A model generated the notes under the pieces. That model had not been told where the DNA came from, searched no databases, and saw only the letters and a program-made list of their open reading frames with translations. From Nitrospinales bacterium (GTDB lineage Bacteria > Nitrospinota > Nitrospinia > Nitrospinales > VA-1): a DNA stretch of 64,000 bases. Below, piece after piece: positions 9,517 through 19,947 of this stretch (position 1 is the stretch's first letter; each line of letters begins with the position of its first letter). The DNA lies in the NCBI GenBank assembly GCA_965205835.1, contig OZ242182.1:1852226-1916225 (forward strand). The letters run 5' to 3'. The position numbers and the translations under genes are program-made.

Positions 9517-9760
9517 TCTATAAAGGTGTGGGGGAAAGTAAAGAATTAAATGAGAAATCAGTGAAATTTCGTATTTTTCTGATTTTATCGGGCTGTATGA
9601 TCAAAGATTTCCCATGCTATACCAGAGAATTAAAACTCCCATCCCGTTAAAAAAAGCTTACCATGACCAAATTCGAGTAATGGTGGCTATAATGGGAAAA
9701 TTTGAGTGCTTTCAATGTAAATATCGAGGGAATTCAATAGGTAAAACCTACGGCTTTTAA

Positions 9761-11347
9761 ATGAAATTGCAAAATACCGTATTTTCTTTCTGGTTGCCGG
9801 TTATAATCTTTTCGTGGGTTCTCACCGGTTGCGGTCCGTCTGCCCCAACGGACGGGTCTGTTTTCCGCATGTCCATTAAAAACGAGCCTCCCACGCTTGA
9901 CTGGACCCTTGCGACAGACAGTGTTTCTTTCACGGTTCTCACCAACATCATGGAAGGACTCACCCAGTACGATTCGGAGCTAAATGCCCAACCCGCCATT
10001 GCCAAAAAATGGGAATACTCGAAGAACGGTCAAGTTATCACTTTTTTCCTGCGCAACGATGTTACCTGGAGTGACGGCAAGCCGGTCACCGCAGAGGACT
10101 TTGAGTATTCCTGGAAACGATTGTTGGCGCCGGAGACGGCGGCCCAGTATGCTTACTTCCTCTTCGACATCGAAAATGCCTCGCAATATAATTCAGGGGA
10201 AATTACAGACCCAAGTCAGGTCGGGGTCCGGGCACTGGCGCCGGATATTCTTGAAGTCCGCTTAAAAAAACCCGTGGTCTATCTTCCCAGCATCACCACG
10301 TTCATGGTTACGTTCCCGGCGCGAAAAGATATTGTCCTTAAACATGGAGACTCCTGGACAGAACCTGAAAACATTGTTACCAACGGCCCTTACATGCTTA
10401 AAGAGTGGCAACATGAATACAAAATAGTGTTGCAAGCCAACCCTCGCCACTACGAAGGCAAACCCGCTGTGGACGCCATCCGCATTTTTGTGGTGCAGGA
10501 GCCCACCACTGCCCTGACCCTTTACGAAACCGGAGAGCTGGACTATCTCGAACTGCCGCCAGTGGCGATTCCGCATTATAAATCCAGCCCCGAATACCGG
10601 AATAAATCTCAACTGCGAGGCTATTATTACGGTTTTAATGTGCAAAAGCCGCCCTTTGATGATGTGCTGGTCCGGCGGGCATTTGCTCATGCCATCGACC
10701 GGTCCCGCATTCCCAAATTTCTTAAAGGCGGGGAACTGCCTGCTTCATCATGGATTCCCAAAGGCATGTTCGGTTATAACGAAAACATAGGATCAAAGTT
10801 TGACCCTGAAAAAGCCGGAGCCCTGTTGGCTGAAGCGGGCTATCCCGACGGCAAAGGGTTTCCAAAAGTGACCGCGGTCTTCAACACCGGCGATCTCAAC
10901 CACTTCATTGCGGAATTCATTCAGGCACAATGGAAAAAACATCTGAATGTGCGGATTGAATTTGAAAGCCAGGAGTGGAAAGTTTTTCTCAGCCGGTTGG
11001 ATCTCGACCCACCGCAGATTTTTCGGCTGGGGTGGGGGGCTGATTTCCCTGACCCCGACAACTTCATGAACCTGTTCATTACAGCCAGCGGCAATAACCG
11101 GCTCAAATGGTCTAACCCTCGTTACGACGAGCTGATCGCCATGGGGTCCGCGTTGAAAAAACCGGAAGAACGGCAAGCAGTCTATGATGAAGCCCAAACC
11201 CTGCTCACCGAAAAAGAAGTCCCAATGATCCCGCTTTTTGTTTCGGCCCAGAACCTGCTGGTCAAGCCTTATGTGCAAGGGTTAAAGAACAACGCTATGG
11301 AACTTTTATATTTGAAACGAATTCGATTAGAAAAAGTCGCCAATTGA
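9761..11347 (+). CDS. ABC-transporter substrate-binding lipoprotein, family 5 (peptide/nickel, OppA/DppA-like)
   Basis: 528 aa with a lipobox (VLTGCG) and a family-5 SBP pattern throughout. No permease or ATPase genes are adjacent. Confidence 0.8.
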   Translation: MKLQNTVFSFWLPVIIFSWVLTGCGPSAPTDGSVFRMSIKNEPPTLDWTLATDSVSFTVLTNIMEGLTQYDSELNAQPAIAKKWEYSKNGQVITFFLRNDVTWSDGKPVTAEDFEYSWKRLLAPETAAQYAYFLFDIENASQYNSGEITDPSQVGVRALAPDILEVRLKKPVVYLPSITTFMVTFPARKDIVLKHGDSWTEPENIVTNGPYMLKEWQHEYKIVLQANPRHYEGKPAVDAIRIFVVQEPTTALTLYETGELDYLELPPVAIPHYKSSPEYRNKSQLRGYYYGFNVQKPPFDDVLVRRAFAHAIDRSRIPKFLKGGELPASSWIPKGMFGYNENIGSKFDPEKAGALLAEAGYPDGKGFPKVTAVFNTGDLNHFIAEFIQAQWKKHLNVRIEFESQEWKVFLSRLDLDPPQIFRLGWGADFPDPDNFMNLFITASGNNRLKWSNPRYDELIAMGSALKKPEERQAVYDEAQTLLTEKEVPMIPLFVSAQNLLVKPYVQGLKNNAMELLYLKRIRLEKVAN

Positions 11348-11468
11348 AGGCACAACAAAAGCAAATCCCCACGACCCCCTTCGTAAAAGGAGACCTTTGC
11401 GCAATTCGAAAAAGAGGAAAGACGAGATTACCCGTTTCGGGCACGAAAGTCTAAGTGAAACATCATGT

Positions 11469-11553
11469 CTTCACCGCATTCAGAATGACACGAAGCGCCG
11501 GTTTGTCATCCTCTATGAGTCGAAGGCGACGAAGGATCCGGGGTTATGCAAAG
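11469..11553 (-). repeat. Composite dispersed repeat, copy A (inverted relative to copies B and C)
   Basis: Its reverse complement aligns with 31927-31995 and 62123-62195 (ctttgcataacccc.gatccttcgtcgccttcg...aggatgacaaaccggcg...gtcattctgaa.gc.gtgaag). Confidence 0.85.
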
Positions 11554-11601
11554 TTTTTTTTCAAAGAGGAACTGGGGCGATTTTACGGTCTGAAGAAACA
11601 T

Positions 11602-11634
11602 AAAACCCTGTCGGCAAATGTCGACAGGGTTTTA
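11602..11634. terminator. Bidirectional stem-loop terminator between convergent genes
   Basis: aaaccctgtcg-gcaaatgt-cgacagggttt forms an 11-bp perfect stem flanked by A-run and T-run. It lies between the SBP gene (+) and the NuoF-like gene (-). Confidence 0.7.
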
Positions 11635-11646
11635 TAAAGTTAAAGT

Positions 11647-13476
11647 TTATTCGATGGCCAGGAATCCGCAGGCCTGGTAACAGGCATTGCAGTTGATGCA
11701 CAAGTCCATATCAATGTGCGCCGCGACTTTGCGGGTCCCCCCGGTGATCGCCCCTGTTGGACACGGTTTGATACACGCGCCACAGGCCACACAATCCTCT
11801 TCCTTGACATAATAACGATAAAGACCCACACACCGCGCCGCATCACAGATTTGGTCGACAATGTGTCGTTCATATTCTTTACGGAAATATTTTAAGCCGG
11901 TCAAAATTGCCTTCGGTGCCGTTTCGCCCAGTCCACACAATGAAGTCTGGCTGATTTCTTCGGCCAGAGACTGAAGCTTGTCGAGGTCTTCAAGCTTGCC
12001 CCGGCCTTCGGCGATATCCGTCAATTTGTTTTTTATCAGCGTCAGACCAATCCGGCAAGGAGTGCATTTTCCGCAGGTTTCGCTTTCGTTAAACCCGATA
12101 GAAAAAAGCGCGAGATCAATCACACAAGCCGAATCATCATAAGCTGAAAAACTGGCCTGACCCATCAACACGCCTGCGTCAAGCAGGCTTTCGTAGTCTG
12201 TTGGGGTATCAGCTTTCCCTGGGGGAAGGAATCCGCCCGTTACACCGCCGACATGGATAACCTTAAGCTCTTTTTTCTTTTGAATACCGCCGCAATAATC
12301 GTCAATGGCTTCCCGGAACGTGGTTTTCATATCCAGTTCCATCAAGCCGTTGTACTTGATGTTTCCGGCAATCGCCCAGACCTTGCAACCCTGAGCATTT
12401 TCATTACCCATCGCCGCATACCAGTCCGCACCTTTCTTGATAATCTTGGGAACTGTGGCCCAAGTCTCAGCATTGTTCAGCACGGTCGGCTTGCCCCACA
12501 ACCCCGAATCGCAGGAATGCGGCGGTTGTGCTTTCGGGAAAGGACGCTTGCCCTCAACCGATGCCATCAACGCGGTGGACTCGCCACCGATGAACGCCTC
12601 AAGCCCCTCATGCACTCGAACGTTGATGCTGAAACTCGACCCCATGATTTTGTCGCCGAGAAAACCTCGCTCTTTAGCCTGCTCGATAGCCATGTTCAAG
12701 CGCTTCACCGCAATGGCGTAATCCGAACGGGTGTAGATGATCCCTTCTGTCGCGCCAATGGCATAAGCCCCGATCAACAAACCTTCCAGAACCTGATGCG
12801 TCGCGCCTTCCATGACACTACGGTCCATATAGGAAGCCGGGTTGCCCTCGTCTCCATTGACCATGATGTAGCGGGTGCCTTTTTCATCGGTCGGGGCCTT
12901 AGCTGCCTTCTCCCATTTGTTGGCTGTGACAAACCCACCGCCGCCTTTGCCGCGCAAACCAGATTTTTTAACTTCCGCGATCACTTCTTCCGGCTTCATG
13001 GTGGTGAGAACTTTTTTCAAAGCTTCATAACCACCGACTCTAATATAATCGTCAATATTTTCAGGGTCGATAGCACCACCGTGCTCCAACGCCACGCGGG
13101 CCTGCTTTTCCAGAGTCACGTAATAATCGTTTTTAGACGCGGCCTTTTTAAACACTTTGCCGCCGACAATATGGTCTCTCAAAATATTTTTGACCATCGC
13201 CGGTTTGACTTTTTCATAAGTCACACGATCTTCACCAGGAACATAAACATCTACCAGAACATCACGACTGCAATAGCCCCGGCAACCGACCTGAGCCATT
13301 TCGCATTTTCGTTCACCGAGTGTGGCATCGGCTTCCATTTCGCCAATCTGCTTCTGAAACTCGTCATAAACTTCCTGACCGCCTTCAGCGATTCCACTCA
13401 AGCTCAAGCATACGGTTATTTTTATCTGGCCTTGTTTTTGAGCAACGGCCTGGCCTTTTTCTGCAACGGCTTCCAT
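11647..13476 (-). CDS. NuoF/HydB-like NAD(P)H-binding flavoprotein fusion: thioredoxin-like 2Fe-2S N-domain, FMN/NADH core, N3 4Fe-4S, C-terminal 2x[4Fe-4S] ferredoxin
   Basis: Motifs present are GLRGKGGGGFVTANKW, NGDEGNPASYMDR, ETCGKCTPCR, SLCGLGETAP, CVACGACIKPCP and CINCNACYQAC. Confidence 0.8.
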   Translation of the reverse strand: MEAVAEKGQAVAQKQGQIKITVCLSLSGIAEGGQEVYDEFQKQIGEMEADATLGERKCEMAQVGCRGYCSRDVLVDVYVPGEDRVTYEKVKPAMVKNILRDHIVGGKVFKKAASKNDYYVTLEKQARVALEHGGAIDPENIDDYIRVGGYEALKKVLTTMKPEEVIAEVKKSGLRGKGGGGFVTANKWEKAAKAPTDEKGTRYIMVNGDEGNPASYMDRSVMEGATHQVLEGLLIGAYAIGATEGIIYTRSDYAIAVKRLNMAIEQAKERGFLGDKIMGSSFSINVRVHEGLEAFIGGESTALMASVEGKRPFPKAQPPHSCDSGLWGKPTVLNNAETWATVPKIIKKGADWYAAMGNENAQGCKVWAIAGNIKYNGLMELDMKTTFREAIDDYCGGIQKKKELKVIHVGGVTGGFLPPGKADTPTDYESLLDAGVLMGQASFSAYDDSACVIDLALFSIGFNESETCGKCTPCRIGLTLIKNKLTDIAEGRGKLEDLDKLQSLAEEISQTSLCGLGETAPKAILTGLKYFRKEYERHIVDQICDAARCVGLYRYYVKEEDCVACGACIKPCPTGAITGGTRKVAAHIDMDLCINCNACYQACGFLAIE

Positions 13477-13861
13477 GAACGACCTCCCGTCGTTATTCGA
13501 AAATTTTTTATTATGTATAAACTTGCTATCCGGCTGGGAAAAACGGCTCCTGCCAGACTGCTCAATGTCTCATAAAACCGAGGAAGATTCCAGCCATTCT
13601 AGTGACCCCAGCACAGATTGTCAATCCTTGCTTTCCATCTGATTTTGCAAGGCTTTGGAGAGTTTTTTAACTCCCCTGTTTACAACATGACGCCGGTCAC
13701 ACCAAAGGCCTCAAAGCATGGCCCCAAACCGGGTTTCAAGTGCTAACCCTCTAATAATCAATTTGTAAAACCAGTTGTAAGCGGAAATGACAGCCCAGGT
13801 TCCAGAGAAAACTCACCTGACAATCTCCGCAAAAGAACTCACCCCCTCCGGCATGCAAAAT

Positions 13862-14385
13862 TCAAGGTACCAATTTGCCTACCCTATCTTGGCGCCCTCC
13901 CCGGAAATACATTCCCATTCCTGTGAACCGGACATTGCCTTCCTTATCCAACACCAAGTTACCGGGATGCACACCCCTGGTCGGTAAAGCAAACAGTATG
14001 CCTTTGGAGGTTCCCGGTTCGGCTTCGTTTACATCAAGCCTGCCGATGCTGTCTTTCTGGTTGGCCACAAACCAGATCCACCGCTTGTCGTAATCCACAA
14101 CGAGATCGCGCGCTCCGGTTCTTTTTCCCAGAACCGATAATCAATCACCTTGGGCAGGAAATCTTCTGAAAAATCCAAACGCGAAATTTTGTTGGCAAAA
14201 AACTGAGTGAACCAGAGGTTGCCTTTGGAATCAAAATTCAATCCCGCCGGACTGCTCGCGGAAGTCGGTGTCAAATACTCAATAATCGTTTCTGCCTGCG
14301 CCATGCCGGTAGGCCCCATCACCAAAGCAATGACCATCAACCTTGAAAGAAAACAACTCTTCAATATTTCCATACGGCCCCTCAT
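13862..14385 (-). pseudogene. Vgb-lyase/NHL-like beta-propeller gene, frameshifted and truncated
   Basis: Track ORFs 14029..14385 and 13862..14098 overlap in different frames. Both carry propeller-blade motifs (GNLWFTQFFANKISRLD; IWFVANQKDSIGRLD). Signal peptide at the N-terminus. Confidence 0.4.
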
Positions 14386-14516
14386 TCATAAAATTGAGGT
14401 TGATTGTGGTAGATCATAAATATAAACTCTAATCTAATTGGCGCAAGCCCTACTTTAGGGCGAGCCCCACTTTGGAGCGAACCCCAATAACAGCCTCTAC
14501 CTTATAAAAGGCGACC

Positions 14517-16037
14517 ATGATAAAAATAAACCAGAAATCCGATAGCCCCCTTGACCATAAAGCCGAATGCCTCATTCTGCCCTGCCCGGAAGAAAAAAAA
14601 CCGGGCGGAACTTTGAAAGACGTTGACACCGCCCTCAACGGTGCCATCGCCACAGCATTTGAGAACAAACGCTTCGAGGGAAAATCCAACCAGACGCTTT
14701 TGCTGAGTTGCAACGGCAACCTGAAAGCCGACAACCTGCTACTGGTCGGAACCGGAAAAGCCAAAGACCTGACCGCCGAAAAAATCCGCAAAGCATCAGG
14801 GACCGCAGCGAGACTGGCAGAAAAATCAAACTTCAAATCGGTTTCGGCTTATTTAGGCTGTTTCGAGAAAATCGCCAAAGGTCTGCGCTATGGCGAGTTT
14901 TCCGGTGCCATGGCTGAGGGAGCAGGACTCGCCCTCTACCATTTCGACGAATACAAAAGCCATGATGAGAAAGACGACCCACCCAGCCGAGTGCAAAAGC
15001 TGACCCTCGTTGCGGAATCAAAAACAAAAACCGCCATACTGGCAAAGTCCATCGACCGGGCCAAAAAAATCGTCAGTGCCGTGCATGAGGCAAGAAATTT
15101 AATATCGCATCCCGGCAACAGGGCGACCCCGACTTATCTTGCGGACCACGCAAAAAAAATCGCCCGCAAATCTAGAATCACCTGCAAGGTGCTGGGTAAA
15201 AAAGAAATGGAAAAACTCGGCATGGGTGCCCTGCTCGGCGTTTCGCGCGGTAGTCACGAACCACCTGCACTGATCGTACTGGAATATTTCGGCACTGCTA
15301 AAAAGAAAGCCCCGACCGTCATAGTGGGTAAAGGCATCACCTTCGACACCGGCGGCATTTCGCTTAAACCGGGAGCGGGTATGGATGAGATGAAAATGGA
15401 TATGTCCGGTGCCGCCGCAACGCTTTCGACTCTGCAAGCCATCGCCGACCTGAAACTACCGGTCAACGTTATCGGCATCGTGGCCGCGGCAGAAAATATG
15501 CCCGGTGGGTCAGCCATCAAACCCGGCGACATTTTGAAAAGCATGTCCGGCAAAACAATAGAAGTGCTCAATACCGATGCCGAAGGCCGACTGGTCCTCG
15601 CAGACGCGCTGACCTACGCGCAACGCTATAAACCAAAAGAAGTGATCGACCTCGCCACTTTGACCGGTGCTGTGATCATGGCATTGGGACACCAGGCCGC
15701 CGCCGTCATCGGCACGAACCCTGCCATGATCAAACGTCTGAAAGAGTCCGGCGATGCCACAGGTGAGAGGGTGTGGGAACTGCCACTGTGGGAAGAATTT
15801 GATAAAGCCGCCAAAAGCGACATCGCCGATCTTAAAAATATCGCGTCACCGGGAGTCGGCGCAGGCAGTAGCATGGGTGCCGCGTTTCTCAAAGCATTCG
15901 CGGGCAACCAACCCTGGACCCACATCGATATCGCCGGCATCGCATGGGGGGAAGCAACCGCCTACACGCCTAAAGGCGCATCCGGCTATGGCGTGCGCCT
16001 GCTCATCCATTACTTGGAACACCTCCGAACCAAATGA
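14517..16037 (+). CDS. pepA: Leucyl aminopeptidase (M17)
   Basis: 506 aa with the signature NTDAEGRLVLADAL and GKGITFDTGGISLKP. Confidence 0.9.
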   Translation: MIKINQKSDSPLDHKAECLILPCPEEKKPGGTLKDVDTALNGAIATAFENKRFEGKSNQTLLLSCNGNLKADNLLLVGTGKAKDLTAEKIRKASGTAARLAEKSNFKSVSAYLGCFEKIAKGLRYGEFSGAMAEGAGLALYHFDEYKSHDEKDDPPSRVQKLTLVAESKTKTAILAKSIDRAKKIVSAVHEARNLISHPGNRATPTYLADHAKKIARKSRITCKVLGKKEMEKLGMGALLGVSRGSHEPPALIVLEYFGTAKKKAPTVIVGKGITFDTGGISLKPGAGMDEMKMDMSGAAATLSTLQAIADLKLPVNVIGIVAAAENMPGGSAIKPGDILKSMSGKTIEVLNTDAEGRLVLADALTYAQRYKPKEVIDLATLTGAVIMALGHQAAAVIGTNPAMIKRLKESGDATGERVWELPLWEEFDKAAKSDIADLKNIASPGVGAGSSMGAAFLKAFAGNQPWTHIDIAGIAWGEATAYTPKGASGYGVRLLIHYLEHLRTK

Positions 16038-16510
16038 CCAATGCTATCATCATTTTCATTCACCTGCTAGCAGCAGGGGTCGCATTGGGCAGTAGCATCT
16101 ATTGCCTGAAGGTCTATCTGCCCGTGGTCGAGAAAAACCATGGCGACCGCGATGAAAATTCACCGTCCTATAAAATCCTCGACCTGCTGGCACCAACCGT
16201 GTTCGCCAGCCTGCTCATGCTCATAGGATCAGGGGTCTACTACTTGCTGGAAAACTATTCGGCGCAGGTCGGACTCAAACCCGGTTACTACAACCTGTTT
16301 GGTATCAAGATGCTGTTCGTGGCAGGAGCATTTTTCATCAGTATGTATGTCACCTTCTCGCTGAGAACCCAGATTTCGGACCTCGACCTAAATCCGGTTA
16401 ACAAAGATCTGGTGTCGCCGAACCTCAAAAAGATGATCAGCCTGAGCAAAATGACCATGTGGATAATCGCCATCGCCCTATTCCTTGGAATAAGGCTGTC
16501 AAAATATTAA
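16034..16510 (+). CDS. Integral membrane protein (4 predicted TM helices), function unknown
   Basis: 158 aa, hydrophobic, with an ATGA start/stop overlap with pepA. Confidence 0.6.
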   Translation: MTNAIIIFIHLLAAGVALGSSIYCLKVYLPVVEKNHGDRDENSPSYKILDLLAPTVFASLLMLIGSGVYYLLENYSAQVGLKPGYYNLFGIKMLFVAGAFFISMYVTFSLRTQISDLDLNPVNKDLVSPNLKKMISLSKMTMWIIAIALFLGIRLSKY

Positions 16511-16713
16511 CCGGCGATGGACGACACCAATGAGTGACTCTCACCCCAAACAGCTTCGAAGGTTAAACCGCGCGCGTCATCGCAAGAAACCATCCGTGAC
16601 GAAGCAATCCAGGTTGGACCGCCGCGCCGATCTGTGGCTCGCGATGACATGAAAGAAGATTTGAGGAAGAAATTTATTTTCAGTAGTGTGCAGAACAGAA
16701 CGGAGGCCTGAGC

Positions 16714-17055
16714 ATGAACGACACAACCGGACAAACCCCACTGGAACCGGAAAGAATCGTCAACGAAGAAGAGCAAATGCCCGTCCCGCCGCAAAGTGCG
16801 TTGCCGTTCCCGGAGACGGTGGACCTGAACGAAGTGTTCCCCGAAGAAGAAAGCAACCTCAACGACCTGTTCCCGGATGAAGAGACCAAAATCCTGCTGA
16901 AAAAAATTCAACGCAACAAAAAAGACCTGCACACCATGACCGACCGCCTTACCAAAGAAGATTGGTCCGGCACTAGCAATGAAAGTAGCGACGACGAGCC
17001 CCGCCCAGAAGACTCAACCGACCCACAAGAATCCACCGCACCTCCACCCGCTTAA
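16714..17055 (+). CDS. Acidic Pro/Glu-rich hypothetical protein
   Basis: 113 aa with GGAGG 7 nt upstream of the ATG. The competing antisense ORFs are less plausible. Confidence 0.45.
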   Translation: MNDTTGQTPLEPERIVNEEEQMPVPPQSALPFPETVDLNEVFPEEESNLNDLFPDEETKILLKKIQRNKKDLHTMTDRLTKEDWSGTSNESSDDEPRPEDSTDPQESTAPPPA

Positions 17056-17532
17056 AGCTTTATCTATCAGGCCTCTCGCAGAGAGTGCTTCATTCTCCAC
17101 TTTCGGTCAGGTAGGGTGCCTCTGGTTTTTCAAGATTGACCTGCTTTACAAAGAGGTTCCATTGCAGTGTCTATGACGGAGGTTATTTTAGCATCGACAT
17201 GAAGCCCCGCAATGGAATGTTTTCGTAAGGCCGCCCCATTCTCGAACAACTCCCATATCCCACCCCACTCCGGTCTTTAATCTTTTGAACCCTCATGTCA
17301 AGCGGACGAAGCAGGTCATGGCATATCTTTGATTTATCAGTCTTTGCAGGGTTTAATAGCAAAGGCACAACCATCACCATCTGGACGATCAGAAAAATTT
17401 TGAGGAATTTCATGGATCGAAACCCCAGAATGTTATTCAATAGAGTCAGTACACTTAGGACCGGTTGTAACAAATAAAATTCAAGGATAAGACAGGCACA
17501 TCATTAACTTGGTAGGAACAGATTCAGACCCT

Positions 17533-18093
17533 ATGTTTGACTTTATACAAAATAGTAAAAGCCGAACTGAAAACGCGTGCCTGTTTGGTTCCTGTCTTTT
17601 TATGCTGTTCTGCACTTTAACAGCAACCCCGGCGGATGCTGACCTGATTGACAAAGGCAAATCGGACAGTGCTATCAAGATGCTGGTGTTTCCTCAATCC
17701 CTTCGGGTGATCGAAAACCGCGCCCGCCAAATCAGTGAACGGGATGCAATCCCGCCGGACCCTGGGCAGATCCGTAAAACCCTGCTGAAGGTAGACCCAG
17801 CCCGCATTGCGCCCGCCAAAGCCGGGGAAGCCTTTACCAGGCCGGTCACGCGTGATCGACTGCGGGAACTGGGTCAACAATATAGCGAAGATGTGATCTT
17901 CATCTTCCGGCGAAACCTGAAGACCGAGGTCATCCGTTACGAGGGCCTGCTGTATCTAGCAAAGCAGAAAAAGGTACTGGCGTTAAAGGGCAACGAGAAT
18001 GCGGATCCATTTATTGGACTCAAAACCCTGGCCCAGGAAGCAAGGAAACTTTTACACTCACATAAATTTGAAAAACGCCAATCGGCGTACTAA
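17533..18093 (+). CDS. Hypothetical secreted protein
   Basis: ATG inside track ORF 17509..18093. Contains a hydrophobic signal-like segment (CLFGSCLFMLFCTLTATPADA). Confidence 0.45.
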   Translation: MFDFIQNSKSRTENACLFGSCLFMLFCTLTATPADADLIDKGKSDSAIKMLVFPQSLRVIENRARQISERDAIPPDPGQIRKTLLKVDPARIAPAKAGEAFTRPVTRDRLRELGQQYSEDVIFIFRRNLKTEVIRYEGLLYLAKQKKVLALKGNENADPFIGLKTLAQEARKLLHSHKFEKRQSAY

Positions 18094-18110
18094 ATCCTCC
18101 AGAAGCCCCT

Positions 18111-18332
18111 CTATCCCTTCGACCTTGGCTTAAATATTGCTTTGATCCGTCCCCAAACTTCTTTACCCAATAAAGCAATAGCCGCAAAGAACGCTAACTC
18201 CGCCGCAATAATTAAAATTGTAGTCGCGCCGGCTATCTGCCCTTTTGACAAATCCAGAAATGAGAGGAGAGGAATTACAGCCCACAGAACGAATGATAAA
18301 ACAAGTAATATATAGCCTATGATTTTCTTCAT
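18111..18332 (-). CDS. Small two-TM membrane protein (resembles the transporter suffix domain family)
   Basis: 73 aa with two hydrophobic helices and a basic tail. Confidence 0.5.
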   Translation of the reverse strand: MKKIIGYILLVLSFVLWAVIPLLSFLDLSKGQIAGATTILIIAAELAFFAAIALLGKEVWGRIKAIFKPRSKG

Positions 18333-18380
18333 GTTAGAACCATTTCCCTCGCTATATTATTCCTGTCCTCTTTCTCCAGG

Positions 18381-18629
18381 CTAACGTGCCGAGGGGTCTT
18401 GGGTCCTCAACATTGCAATCCCCCTCACCTGGCCTTTCGAGGGGGAGTTGCTGGCAGGATCGAGAAACATCGCCTCCGCTTCAATATCATCTTTGTTGGG
18501 GAATTTGACATCCAGGACTCCCGCTTCCTTCACCAAATCATGGTAGTTGAATACATACGTTCCATCATCAATGAGGAACCCTGAGTCCAGCAGGGTCACA
18601 GATATGGTGAAGATCGTGAAGGCCGACAT
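18381..18629 (-). CDS. Hypothetical small protein (3' end runs into a GC-rich hairpin repeat)
   Basis: 82-aa ORF. Its last ~20 codons overlap the hairpin at 18420-18445, which recurs at 41063-41097. Confidence 0.25.
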   Translation of the reverse strand: MSAFTIFTISVTLLDSGFLIDDGTYVFNYHDLVKEAGVLDVKFPNKDDIEAEAMFLDPASNSPSKGQVRGIAMLRTQDPSAR

Positions 18630-18922
18630 AATTCCTATGATATAGGCACACCCAATGCCTCGATCATTTTCCCCTCAATTTCCCTCTGACACAATAGTTG
18701 TGGAATCCCCCGGAATGCTATCCCGAAGCTCACAGGATCCAAAAATTATTTAAAATTTTCTTGTTTCCTTCTTTTGCAATACCGTATAAAATGTTCTTCC
18801 TTAGCAAAATATAAAGGAAACATACACACATTTCTCATTGCATAGAGCCTTGAAATAAATTGTGTTGTCGTTCCCGTGGTGGCGGGCTAGAACCTCGTCA
18901 ATCACCCCGACTCATTAAATAT

Positions 18923-18999
<77 letters not shown>

Positions 19000-19136
19000 T
19001 TACCGAGGGTAGGGCCCTGTGAAATGCGGTTTTACCTACAGGAAACCGGCAACTGCCCTGTTGGGCTATCGGAAAAGATTCAGGCTGAAAAATGATTTGC
19101 CTCGGACGACCGTAAAAACAAGAAAAGGAGAGGATT

Positions 19137-19841
19137 ATGTTTGATCTGAAAATAAGACTGGCCATTCTGACCGCAACCCTGTTCTTAAGTCAAAACGCCT
19201 TGGCGGCAACCGGAATGGAATCCATCGGCACTGGCAGTGCCGGCAGTTACAATCATGGCGAGCAAAAAGGCGAGGGCAGTAAAACCAAAACAATGCCTCA
19301 TCACATTTCTAAAAACAAGGGCCACCACATTTCCGGAAGTAGTGGTCATTCTAAACCAGAGGGAAGCGGCTCTAGAAAATCCTATTCCCATCATGGAAAA
19401 TCAAAGGGGCATAGCTACAAAAAGTCCGAAGGAAGTTCTTCGCACCATGCCCGATCCGGTCACGGTTATAAAAAAAGGTCACATGGAAGCTATGGCGGCC
19501 ACACCAGCAAATGCCCGTTCACCCATTTACTACGCTTCAAGGATAAACTGGGCCTGACCGAAACCCAGGTGGCGGAAATCAAGAGACTGCGATTTGAATA
19601 CCAAAAGAGAAGCATTCGCAACAAAGCCGAACACAAAATCGCGCATATGGATTTCAACAAACTGGTTCATGCTGAAAAGGTAAATGCTCAAGGTATCCGA
19701 TCAGCAGCGGAAAAAATTGCCGCAACCAAAACTCAAATGATTATGGCGACGGCAGAAGCAAAAATTGCTTTGCTTAACCTTCTGACCGAAGAACAGCGGA
19801 AAAAAGCTCAGGTCATGCATTCGGCTCATTCCTCTCACTGA
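19137..19841 (+). CDS. Periplasmic Spy/CpxP/ZraP-family (LTxxQ) protein with a His/Ser/Gly/Lys-rich N-terminal half
   Basis: Signal peptide present. LTxxQ-type motifs are LTETQVAEIKRL and LTEEQRKKA. The low-complexity His-rich region spans roughly aa 40-120. Confidence 0.65.
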   Translation: MFDLKIRLAILTATLFLSQNALAATGMESIGTGSAGSYNHGEQKGEGSKTKTMPHHISKNKGHHISGSSGHSKPEGSGSRKSYSHHGKSKGHSYKKSEGSSSHHARSGHGYKKRSHGSYGGHTSKCPFTHLLRFKDKLGLTETQVAEIKRLRFEYQKRSIRNKAEHKIAHMDFNKLVHAEKVNAQGIRSAAEKIAATKTQMIMATAEAKIALLNLLTEEQRKKAQVMHSAHSSH

Positions 19842-19869
19842 AAATAAGGGATGTATTAAAAGAATTATT

Positions 19870-19947
<78 letters not shown>

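Noticed and set aside
11397-11637. Track ORFs 11397..11603 and 11455..11637, and likewise 25181..25465, 31666..31866, 31784..32098, 40862..41209 and 41134..41340.
   Set aside because: They are translations of the dispersed repeats and hairpin clusters (for example FVILYESKATKDP, LDCFTTFAMT). They lie in intergenic spacers without RBS.
12253-13575. A 440-aa ORF on the + strand, plus similar long antisense ORFs at 42315..43040, 44070..44561, 53209..53847, 54323..55039, 62646..63251, 10262..10690, 32611..33342 and 21481..22122.
   Set aside because: Each lies entirely antisense to a gene with strong family motifs (NuoF-like, icd, rpsA, sppA, nadA, SBP, aminotransferase, TPR). Their translations are low-complexity or Arg/His-rich with no recognisable motif, which makes them classic shadow ORFs.
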